Positions 1-7,463 of a stretch of DNA of 64,000 bases are shown piece after piece. The notes below the pieces were generated by a model. It did no database searches. It saw only the letters and a list, made by a program, of their open reading frames with translations, and was not told the DNA's origin. Position 1 is the stretch's first letter, and every line of letters starts with the position of its first letter. The stretch is from a virus. The translations under genes were made by a program, and so were the position numbers. Location of the stretch: positions 1-64,000 of IMG/VR virus record IMGVR_UViG_3300043395_003024. One strand, given 5' to 3'.

Positions 1-295
1 GAGTGCTGGTGCGCCCTGCGAAGGGTGCGGTCAAGCCCACCGCCAAGTCCGAGGCGGTCTGACCAACCGAGCCGAGTGGGTGTAGGTAAGTCCCCACCAC
101 TTACCTACACTCACCCCACCCCCCCCCAAGTGTCCGAGTGGCGCAGGGGGGGGGTAGGGGCTTGCGGTCTAGGTGTAGGTAAGTCTGCGACCGAGGGGCG
201 AGGGTTGGGGCAGGAGCCCCGCCCGAAGCCCGACCAGAACGGGGCTCCACCCCCAGCAGGCAGGGGTCGGCACACGGGGGTGTTCGGCAGGTAGG

Positions 296-325
296 TTGGG
301 AAGTCTGACCCACGGCTGGTACGCT
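296..325 (+). promoter_or_regulatory. Conserved early promoter (motif B), copy 1
   Basis: TTGGGAAGTCTGACCCACGGC-TGG-TACGCT. Extended -10 upstream of the 364 gene, which has RBS GAAAGGGG. Confidence 0.75.
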
Positions 326-363
326 GTGGTCGCCAGTATCAACATGACTGAAAGGGGTCACCA

Positions 364-816
364 ATGGCACAAGCACTACTCATCAAGACCACGGGAGAGG
401 TGGAACTCACCACCGTTCCCGAGGAAGGCGGTCACCTTGTTCTGAACGAACTCTGTGGTGGCTGGATTGACTGCGTTCGCACCGAGGACATTGTTGGCTA
501 TGTGAACGATGAGGGCATTCTCATCGGTCTCGCACCCAACGCTCTCGCAAGTCTCTTGTTCGGTCGCCCCCTTGTGGGCGATGTGGTCGTTCTTGGCGCA
601 CTCAACGATGAGGGCGACTATGACGGAGAGAACCACGATGTTCCCGAGCAGTACGACCCGACCCACTTGGAGACCATCTCTAAGGCTCTGCTCGCTGACG
701 AGAATGTCATGAAGGCTCTCGTTCTCGCCGTTGAGGAAGTCCTGTCCACGCCCCCCACCGTCACTGCCTTCACCGATGAAGAGTTTGACGCATGGCTGAA
801 CGGGAAGGGGGAGTGA
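364..816 (+). CDS. DUF3846-like protein
   Basis: LCGGWID...VNDEG.L..L.PN...LVGDVVVLG pattern; RBS at 350-357. Confidence 0.7.
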   Translation: MAQALLIKTTGEVELTTVPEEGGHLVLNELCGGWIDCVRTEDIVGYVNDEGILIGLAPNALASLLFGRPLVGDVVVLGALNDEGDYDGENHDVPEQYDPTHLETISKALLADENVMKALVLAVEEVLSTPPTVTAFTDEEFDAWLNGKGE

Positions 817-1136
817 CCGTGGAAGGTGTAGGTAAGTCCCCCACCGACACCTACCCCATGCGCACCCTGCGTGTGGGCGAGGTCATCACCCCTGCCAGTA
901 GCGATAACCCCGTGACGGTTCTCGCTTGCTGGCTACTGCGCCCGAGCGATGTAGACGCATACGCCGTGTGGGTGGTGCTGTGCCACCTTCCGCACAACGC
1001 CTTCCACCCTTTCGCCGTGTGGACTGCCTACGACCGACCCGAGGGCTGGTCGTTCGGCGGTGGCGACTACTGCCGAGACATAGCCGAGGGCGTGGCGTGG
1101 TACGAGAGCCGAGGCGGTCAGTACTCGCTGGACTAG
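813..1136 (+). CDS. Hypothetical protein
   Basis: GTG overlaps the upstream stop (GTGA). Motif A is read as GVGK. ATG at 858 is an alternative start. Confidence 0.7.
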   Translation: MTVEGVGKSPTDTYPMRTLRVGEVITPASSDNPVTVLACWLLRPSDVDAYAVWVVLCHLPHNAFHPFAVWTAYDRPEGWSFGGGDYCRDIAEGVAWYESRGGQYSLD

Positions 1137-1470
1137 CGAGTTACCTACACCTGTTCTCCACCCCCCTTGCTTCGGTTGGGCGAGGGGGAGTGGATAGGTG
1201 TGGGATAGGTGTAGGTAAGTCCCCCGAGCCAGTCGGTGGCGGTCAGTCGGTCGGTCGGGGGTCGGGTTGGGGCAGGAGCCCCGCTACATGCACTTGGGCC
1301 GGGGCTTCCTGCGCTCGGCAACGCACGGGGTGTACGGCAGGTTGGGGCGAGCGAAGAAGGGGGTTGTGGGAATCTTTGAGAATCTGGCGAGCACACGGGT
1401 GAGCGCAGCAGGTATCCCCAACAGTTTGACGGTGGTGGAAAGCGGAGATTTGTGTAGGTAAGTCAGCCAG

Positions 1471-1500
1471 TTGGGAAGTCTGACCCACGGCTGGTACAGT
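1471..1500 (+). promoter_or_regulatory. Early promoter motif B, copy 2 (leaderless transcript)
   Basis: TTGGGAAGTCTGACCCACGGC-TGG-TACAGT; the ATG at 1507 is 7 nt after the -10. Confidence 0.75.
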
Positions 1501-1506
1501 ATTGGC

Positions 1507-1779
1507 ATGAGTTACAGCATCACCTCACCCAAGTATCCGCACATCAACATTCCCCTCGTTGGAGAGGACGGCAACGCCTTCTCCATTCTCGGGCGTGTCA
1601 GCCGAATCATGAGGCAGAACGGAATCCGTGACCAGTGGGACGAGTTCCACACCGAAGCCACCTCGGGTGACTACGACAACCTGCTCCTGACCGTCATGCG
1701 CTGGTTCGCCGTGGACGAGCAGTTGGACGAGGACTACGAGGACGACTGGGACGAGGATGACGACGAGGACGAGGAGTAG
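1507..1779 (+). CDS. Conserved phage/ICE hypothetical protein with acidic tail
   Basis: GEDGNAFSILGRV...SGDYDNLL pattern; C-terminal D/E run. Confidence 0.8.
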   Translation: MSYSITSPKYPHINIPLVGEDGNAFSILGRVSRIMRQNGIRDQWDEFHTEATSGDYDNLLLTVMRWFAVDEQLDEDYEDDWDEDDDEDEE

Positions 1780-1781
1780 AA

Positions 1782-1886
1782 ATGACACACACCTGTTCAG
1801 GCTGTGGTGCGTTCTTTCTGACACTCCAAGAACTCATCAACCACATGACCGACAAAGAAGCATGTATCGGAACAAACGAGGACTGA
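1782..1886 (+). CDS. 34-aa zinc-finger-like peptide (not in ORF track)
   Basis: MTHTCSGCGAFFLTLQELINHMTDKEAC fits C-x2-C-x3-F-x5-L-x2-H; upstream GAGGAG; fills the intergenic gap. Confidence 0.6.
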   Translation: MTHTCSGCGAFFLTLQELINHMTDKEACIGTNED

Positions 1887-1887
1887 C

Positions 1888-2073
1888 ATGGGACAGATGA
1901 AGCGAATCTCCGAAATGCTGGACGACATGTTCCGTCCACTATGCAAGAAGTGTGGGCTGATTCCTGCGAACAAGAACGCCTACAACGAGCGATACTGCTT
2001 CTACTGCGAAATGACGGCTGACTGGTGTCAATGCGATGTTTCGGATTTCTGCAAGTGCGAAGGACAGGTGTAG
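1888..2073 (+). CDS. Cys-rich small protein
   Basis: Two CxxC and two CxC motifs; stop TAG supplied by motif A. Confidence 0.7.
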   Translation: MGQMKRISEMLDDMFRPLCKKCGLIPANKNAYNERYCFYCEMTADWCQCDVSDFCKCEGQV

Positions 2074-2086
2074 GTAAGTGTCAGGA

Positions 2087-2236
2087 ATGATGTACACACA
2101 GAGAAACGCCCACTCATGCCCGTGGGGTTGCTGTGGAGATTTCGTCAAAGGTCGTGGAACGAAGCATGCCTGCAAGAAGTGGCATAAGATTCTCCGCACA
2201 CGGGAGAAGCGGAACTGGAAGAAGGAGCAGTGGTGA
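2087..2236 (+). CDS. 49-aa basic Cys-containing peptide (not in ORF track)
   Basis: MMYTQRNAHSCPWGCCGDF...KRNWKKEQW; TGATG coupling to the next gene. Confidence 0.6.
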   Translation: MMYTQRNAHSCPWGCCGDFVKGRGTKHACKKWHKILRTREKRNWKKEQW

Positions 2237-2484
2237 TGGACATCGTAAACGAGCGAATCAAGTCATACATGAAAGACCCAACTCTGTACAGGACAACAGT
2301 TCAGGTCGGGCAATGGGGCAACAGTAATGGTGTAGATAACTATGTTGCCTTCTCGTTCTCTGACGGTGATGACATTCAGACGGCAGAGGACATCTCGCTG
2401 GCTCACATCATTCGTGAGAACAATCTTGACAATGACGACATCACGGAAGTCACGACAGACACATACAAAGAGGTATGGCAATGA
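2236..2484 (+). CDS. Hypothetical acidic protein
   Basis: Translationally coupled at both ends. Confidence 0.7.
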   Translation: MDIVNERIKSYMKDPTLYRTTVQVGQWGNSNGVDNYVAFSFSDGDDIQTAEDISLAHIIRENNLDNDDITEVTTDTYKEVWQ

Positions 2485-2747
2485 ACAAGAACGAACTCTA
2501 CGAAGTCATGGACGCAGTGTGGGACAACTACTTCACGCTTACTACGACTGCGGTGGAAGCGATGGCGATTATTTGGCACGATTATGCCAATGGGACGCTG
2601 TTCGAGTCGCTGAATCAGGACCACGGAATCACCGATGCAGAGTTCTGGGAGATTCTCGTCTCGCTCACGGTGCATGTCCGTGACATTCCCAACCGACGCA
2701 TGCCGGCGATGGAGTTCTACAAAGAGTGGGAAAGCAGGAAGGTGTAG
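2481..2747 (+). CDS. Hypothetical protein
   Basis: ATGA overlap; stop lies in motif A. Confidence 0.75.
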   Translation: MNKNELYEVMDAVWDNYFTLTTTAVEAMAIIWHDYANGTLFESLNQDHGITDAEFWEILVSLTVHVRDIPNRRMPAMEFYKEWESRKV

Positions 2748-2751
2748 GTAA

Positions 2752-3051
2752 GTGTTTCTGTACCTTTCTCTCCTCATTTCCTACCTACGGAACAGTCTGT
2801 TCCACTCTGACCTATTGCTGGTCGGAGCAGAGTGCCATGTTCGGTGGGAGTGGCAGGACGAGCCTGACCTACGAATCATCTCGTTTGCGCCTGAGCCAGA
2901 AGGTGACTGTCCGTTTGACGACTACGGCTGGCACGAAGCGTTTGCGCACCTGAACGGTTTACCTGCACTCATGCGATTCATTAGGCACGGCCGACGCATG
3001 GGCCATGAGTTCGTCAGTGTCAAACTCTGCTACGGAATCATCGCAGAGTAG
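2752..3051 (+). CDS. Hypothetical protein
   Basis: GTG start begins at the last base of motif A; stop abuts the next motif A. Confidence 0.65.
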   Translation: MFLYLSLLISYLRNSLFHSDLLLVGAECHVRWEWQDEPDLRIISFAPEPEGDCPFDDYGWHEAFAHLNGLPALMRFIRHGRRMGHEFVSVKLCYGIIAE

Positions 3052-3273
3052 GTGTAGGTAAGTCTTTCCCCTAGGGGGCGCATCGAGCTGGGAAGCCCCG
3101 CTGCGCTTCATGGTCCACAACCATGCGGGGCTCCTGCCCGAAGGAGCGGGTGGACGGCTCGGGGTGTCCAGCAGGTTGCTCGGGGGTGAGGAGCGCGGAA
3201 CGGGGATGGACGGCAGGTAGCGCACCCCACCCAACGCATTGACGGTGGTGGAAAGGGTTGGTGTAGGTAAGTC

Positions 3274-3303
3274 AGGGGAAGTTTGACCCACTGCTGGTAC
3301 GCT
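3274..3303 (+). promoter_or_regulatory. Early promoter motif B, copy 3
   Basis: GGAAGTTTGACCCACTGC-TGG-TACGCT, same spacing as the other copies. Confidence 0.7.
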
Positions 3304-3337
3304 GTGGACAAGCCACCAAAGCCGAAAGGGAAATCAA

Positions 3338-4093
3338 ATGCCGAACTGGTGCTACAACTACATGACAGTCATGGGGAACAAGCGTGATTTGCGCAAGTTC
3401 ATCTCCGACATCAAGGTTGCAGAAAGTAACCCGAAAGGAATGTACCTTTCATCGGACGAGCAGTACGACCTGAACAAACTTGTACCGCTTGACCCGAGAG
3501 GACTCATTGAGACGACCTACACCCACAAGAACGCAGAGGGTGAAGAAGTCACTACAACAATGACGGTCTTTGCTCAGAAAGAGCGTGACGGCTTTGACGG
3601 ATACCTTGACGCTTGCGAGACATGGGGAAGCAAGTGGGGCGCATGCCGACCCGAAGTGGACGACGAGAATCCTACGAACGGCATGATTTCCATGCGATAC
3701 GAATCTGCGTGGGGTCCGTGTGACGGTCTGATTTCCAAGATTTCTATGCAATACCCGAACCTCATCTTTGGCGTTGCGTCAGACGAGGAATCCCGAGCCT
3801 TCATCTGCTGGACAGTGTTCCACAACGGAGATGTGGTTGAGGCTGGCGAGCGTGACCCGAACTTCCTCACCCCCGAGTTGCAAGAACTGTCTGACAAGGC
3901 AGAAGCAGAGGACGCAGACGATGACGCTTTGGAGATTTGGTGGGAAGCCCACTCTGAATGGAACAACCACCTTATGGAGATGTGCGATGACGACATGCTG
4001 ACATGCATGAAGGAATACAAGAAGCACCTTGCCTATGTTCGCCGTTGCGAGAAAGAAGGGAGAACGCCACGCACATTCATTTCATCTATCTGA
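3338..4093 (+). CDS. DUF1281/YubB ferredoxin-like family protein
   Basis: N-terminal MPNWCYN, plus WGSKW and YESAWGP motifs. Confidence 0.75.
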   Translation: MPNWCYNYMTVMGNKRDLRKFISDIKVAESNPKGMYLSSDEQYDLNKLVPLDPRGLIETTYTHKNAEGEEVTTTMTVFAQKERDGFDGYLDACETWGSKWGACRPEVDDENPTNGMISMRYESAWGPCDGLISKISMQYPNLIFGVASDEESRAFICWTVFHNGDVVEAGERDPNFLTPELQELSDKAEAEDADDDALEIWWEAHSEWNNHLMEMCDDDMLTCMKEYKKHLAYVRRCEKEGRTPRTFISSI

Positions 4094-4149
4094 ACTAGGT
4101 GTAGGTAACTACACACCACCCCCCAAACAAGAAAGAAGGAATCCCCAAC

Positions 4150-4371
4150 ATGGGAACATCAACCAAATCCATTGAGCAAATCTCAGAATCTGTACGGACA
4201 TACCGAAGCGAACAAGGCTGGTCACAGTTGGAACTTGCCAACCGTGCTGGTCTTGACCGCAAGACTGTGAACCGTATTGAGAATGGAAGATTCTCGCCGA
4301 GCGTGGAGACACTGCTCGCCGTAAGCACTGCTCTTGGAGTATCGGTAAACACTCTCCTCGGAGAGAAGTAG
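4150..4371 (+). CDS. XRE/Cro-family HTH transcriptional regulator
   Basis: WSQLELANRAGLDRKTVNRIENGRFSPSVETL. Confidence 0.92.
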   Translation: MGTSTKSIEQISESVRTYRSEQGWSQLELANRAGLDRKTVNRIENGRFSPSVETLLAVSTALGVSVNTLLGEK

Positions 4372-4427
4372 AAACATGGCTGGCATGTGGGGGCTTGTAC
4401 CGACCCCCACTACCAGTGTAGGTAAGT

Positions 4428-4457
4428 GTTGGAAGTCTGACCCACGAATGGTACGCT
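4428..4457 (+). promoter_or_regulatory. Early promoter motif B, copy 4
   Basis: GGAAGTCTGACCCACGAA-TGG-TACGCT directly after motif A. Confidence 0.7.
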
Positions 4458-4495
4458 TCTATCACACCAACCAAACCGCCTGAAAGGGGCAACAA

Positions 4496-5188
4496 ATGAC
4501 ACAGAGAGATAGCGAAGTTCTTGATAACGACATCAAGACAGTCATGGAAGATTTGCTGAACCGAGCAGTGTTCGCAAAGACGGAAATGTGCAAGGACAAC
4601 CCGATGAGTGATAGCCCACCACTGTTCCTTGTCGCAGTTGAGAGCAACGACTCCAACCCCGACCATGACGCATGCTTGGACTACCAGCAGGAGTTCTCGC
4701 TCTCCAAGCCGTACCACCTCGCCATGATTCCTCTCATTCACAAAGAGGACATTTATGACGCATACGAAGATGTGGTGAAGTCACTTCCGATTCGCCCATT
4801 TGAGTTCATTGTCATGCTCGTTGAGGGATACGCCAAAGAGGACATGACCGAGGAAGAAGCAAAGAACCACGACCGAGGCGACTTTGAGAAGGACTACAAG
4901 GAGAACCCCTTCTCTACCGTCCGTGAAGGAATCGTGATGACTGCGGTGGACTGGAACGCCACTGGCATTTGGAACATCGCAAGCCTTTACCGCTATGACG
5001 ACAACGGTGTGCCTGTCTTTGACGATGAACCGAACTGCACGACCACGCCTGTTGATGTGGACTCAGACTCGCACGGTCGCATGCCTGACGCACTGCTCGC
5101 CACAGTCGGATACATGCAACTTGCCACCAAGACGCTCGCCTACAAGGAAATGCTTGACAAGGCTCCGAGGAAAGGCAAGGGGGTGTAG
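4496..5188 (+). CDS. Hypothetical acidic protein
   Basis: RBS GAAAGGGG; stop lies in motif A. Confidence 0.8.
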   Translation: MTQRDSEVLDNDIKTVMEDLLNRAVFAKTEMCKDNPMSDSPPLFLVAVESNDSNPDHDACLDYQQEFSLSKPYHLAMIPLIHKEDIYDAYEDVVKSLPIRPFEFIVMLVEGYAKEDMTEEEAKNHDRGDFEKDYKENPFSTVREGIVMTAVDWNATGIWNIASLYRYDDNGVPVFDDEPNCTTTPVDVDSDSHGRMPDALLATVGYMQLATKTLAYKEMLDKAPRKGKGV

Positions 5189-5195
5189 GTAAGTC

Positions 5196-5345
5196 ATGGA
5201 CAACGAACTGGTAGCCCTAGTGGACAAGGCAATAGCCCACTGTTCGGGCAGAGACATTGTGTCATCGGCAGAGATAACCGACATGCTCTTGGACATTCGC
5301 ATACTTCTCATCACCACCAACACAGAAAGTGAGATTCCAGCATGA
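5196..5345 (+). CDS. 49-aa hypothetical protein (not in ORF track)
   Basis: MDNELVALVDKAIAHCSGRDIVSS...EIPA; ATGA coupling to 5342. Confidence 0.65.
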   Translation: MDNELVALVDKAIAHCSGRDIVSSAEITDMLLDIRILLITTNTESEIPA

Positions 5346-5551
5346 GACGAGCAAGAAACCAGCACCTAATCGGGGAGAGGGTCAGACTCATTTACTGCTC
5401 CGACCCCTACACTCTCCTGAAAGCAGGAGAGGAAGGAACCGTGGATTTCGTAGACGACTGGGGGACGGTGTTCGTCCAGTGGGATAGCGGAAGCAACCTC
5501 GGAATGGTTGAGGAAGCGGGCGACCGCTTTGAGGTCATTGGTCAGGTGTAG
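5342..5551 (+). CDS. DUF4314-like protein
   Basis: GERVRL...DPY..L..GEEGTVDFVDDWGTVFVQWDSGSNL...DRF. Confidence 0.8.
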   Translation: MRRARNQHLIGERVRLIYCSDPYTLLKAGEEGTVDFVDDWGTVFVQWDSGSNLGMVEEAGDRFEVIGQV

Positions 5552-5845
5552 GTAAGTCCCCCCTTTCATTTACCTACACCCGAAGGGGTGTTGCCGTTCG
5601 GCTGGGCGGTGACACCCCTTCTTCGTGCCGGCGGTTATGGGGCAAGGAGCCCCGCCCGAAACGTCAGAAGGCGAGGGGTTAGTTTTCGCCTCGCACGATT
5701 TTTTGATTTTTTCGCATGGGTTCTCGAGAGCTGGCGGCAGAATCCTCGAGATTTCACATTGACGGTGGTGGAAAGCCAAGCCCATTGGCTAAACCCGCCG
5801 CCAGTTTTTCGCTTTTTTGCAGATTCTCAGTTTTTGTTTGCAACT

Positions 5846-5875
5846 CTGGGAAGTCTGGGAGATGGGTGTTAGAGT
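5846..5875 (+). promoter_or_regulatory. Early promoter motif B, divergent copy 5
   Basis: GGAAGT lies 21 nt upstream of the TAGAGT -10 (TGT extension); preceded by T-tracts. Confidence 0.55.
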
Positions 5876-5918
5876 CGGACGGGTTGCACAGCAGGTAAAT
5901 CTAAATGGAGAGAAAGTT

Positions 5919-6401
5919 ATGAACTTTACTATTGAGTTTGTTCACTCAGAGAACGCACGGCTGTATGCCGATTTTGAGAAGAAGTACAAGAAGCCCCAAG
6001 ACAGGTACGCCAACCAGAATGAAAGGTGGCGCATTGCCGAGACGGTGCGTGGGCTGTATGTCATGGAGAAGTGGCAGAGAGAAGGGTGCAATGGGAACCC
6101 TGTTGCAATGTTGCGTTTCTACTCACTCAGCGAAGATGTGCTGTCCTCATTCATCAAGACTTACCTACCACATGTCAATGCCAAAGACAGTGGAATCGTC
6201 AAGACGGAGAAGCGCAAGGATAAGTACGGCGCATTTGACGAATGGGCAGATGAACACAGGGGCGGAGAGTTCACCACTGACCAACTCGTTGAGATTTCTG
6301 GATTTTCGTACCAGACCACTCTGAAGTACGTCAGCGATTCTCCGATTTTCATCAAGGTCAAGAAGGGGCTGTGGCGAATCGCCGACCCCAAAGATGAGTG
6401 A
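5919..6401 (+). CDS. Hypothetical protein, possible C-terminal winged HTH
   Basis: FTTDQLVEISGFSYQTTLKYV...FIKVKKGLW; RBS GGAG. Confidence 0.7.
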   Translation: MNFTIEFVHSENARLYADFEKKYKKPQDRYANQNERWRIAETVRGLYVMEKWQREGCNGNPVAMLRFYSLSEDVLSSFIKTYLPHVNAKDSGIVKTEKRKDKYGAFDEWADEHRGGEFTTDQLVEISGFSYQTTLKYVSDSPIFIKVKKGLWRIADPKDE

Positions 6402-6666
6402 CCAGTAGGTGTAGGTAAGTCCACCAAAGTGTAGGTAAGTGGAAATAATCGACCCAAGAGCCCCGGCCCGCCCATGACCAGCGGGGCTCCAGCCCGAAGG
6501 GGTGGTGGGGGCGCACGGGGTGCGGTGCAGGTTGCTGGCAGGCGAGCGGGGGTGTTCGGCAGGTTGCTGGCGAAGCACGGACACGCTCTCGCAGTAGGTG
6601 TAGGTAACCCACCGCAGGTGTAGGTAACCGCCCCATGAGGTGTAGGTAAGTAGGTGTCAACAGAAG

Positions 6667-6696
6667 TCGGGAAGTCTGACCCACGGGTGGTATGGT
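6667..6696 (+). promoter_or_regulatory. Early promoter motif B, copy 6
   Basis: GGAAGTCTGACCCACGGG-TGG-TATGGT, preceded by three tandem motif A copies. Confidence 0.7.
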
Positions 6697-6736
6697 GTGC
6701 CTGTCCGTAACCAACCGCTTACAAAGGAGCAATACA

Positions 6737-7462
6737 ATGGACGCAACAACGGAGACAGCACTTCCGCAGTGCTGGCAAGATGTCAAGGACGCACTTGACG
6801 CAGGCATTGACCGAGTGATTCTGTTCGGTCCTGCTGGAACTGGCAAGACCTACGCAGGCTTGTCGTTCGGAGACATTGAGGCTGGTGCGTACCGCCTCGT
6901 CTGCACCGAGGACATGACCAACATGGACGTAACTGGTGGCTTCATGCCGTCAGCGAACGGTGGCTTCCAGTGGCTTGACGGCTCTGCCCTCAAAGCGTGG
7001 AAGGGCAACGGAACGAAGGGTGGTCGCCTCATCGTGGACGAAGTGGACAAGGCTGGTGGCGATGTGTTCGCAACCCTGCTCGCCATGCTGGATTCTCCCG
7101 AATCGGCTTCCTTCCAGCACCCCGAGACTGGCGAGACTGTTCGCCCTCTTGACGGATTCTCTGCGGTGATGACCACCAACATTGAGAACATGAGCGAACT
7201 GCCCACGGCACTCGCTGACCGCTTCCCGATTCGTATCCGAATCAACGAACCGCACCCGAACGCACTTCTCCGCTTGTCTCCCGACCTGCGTGGCTACGCC
7301 GTTCGCATGGCAGACGGTGGCGAGGCTCGTATCTCGCTCCGTGCGTTCATGGCACTGGACAAGTTGCGCAAGTCGGTCGGAATGGAGCGAGCCTGCCAAC
7401 TCACATTCGGCAACCGTGCCATGCAGATTCTTGACGCTCTCGCAGTGGACGGAGTGCGCTGA
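6737..7462 (+). CDS. MoxR/CbbQ/CobS-like AAA+ ATPase
   Basis: Walker A GPAGTGKT, Walker B LIVDE, sensor TTN, ALADRF; RBS AAAGGAG. Confidence 0.9.
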   Translation: MDATTETALPQCWQDVKDALDAGIDRVILFGPAGTGKTYAGLSFGDIEAGAYRLVCTEDMTNMDVTGGFMPSANGGFQWLDGSALKAWKGNGTKGGRLIVDEVDKAGGDVFATLLAMLDSPESASFQHPETGETVRPLDGFSAVMTTNIENMSELPTALADRFPIRIRINEPHPNALLRLSPDLRGYAVRMADGGEARISLRAFMALDKLRKSVGMERACQLTFGNRAMQILDALAVDGVR

Positions 7463-7463
7463 A

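Noticed and set aside
25-1488. Track ORFs across the intergenic cassettes (e.g. 25-294, 926-1402, 1145-1396, 1267-1461)
   Set aside because: They are low-complexity translations of the GC-rich repeats (GVGK/TYT/YLH) with no RBS.
6408-6650. Tandem motif A copies as a CRISPR or mini-array
   Set aside because: The repeat is only 11-12 bp, spacers are 8-10 bp or irregular, and no cas genes are present.
7290-7463. N-terminal extension of the vWA ORF
   Set aside because: It overlaps the ATPase by 170 nt; ATG 7464 just after the ATPase stop is more plausible.
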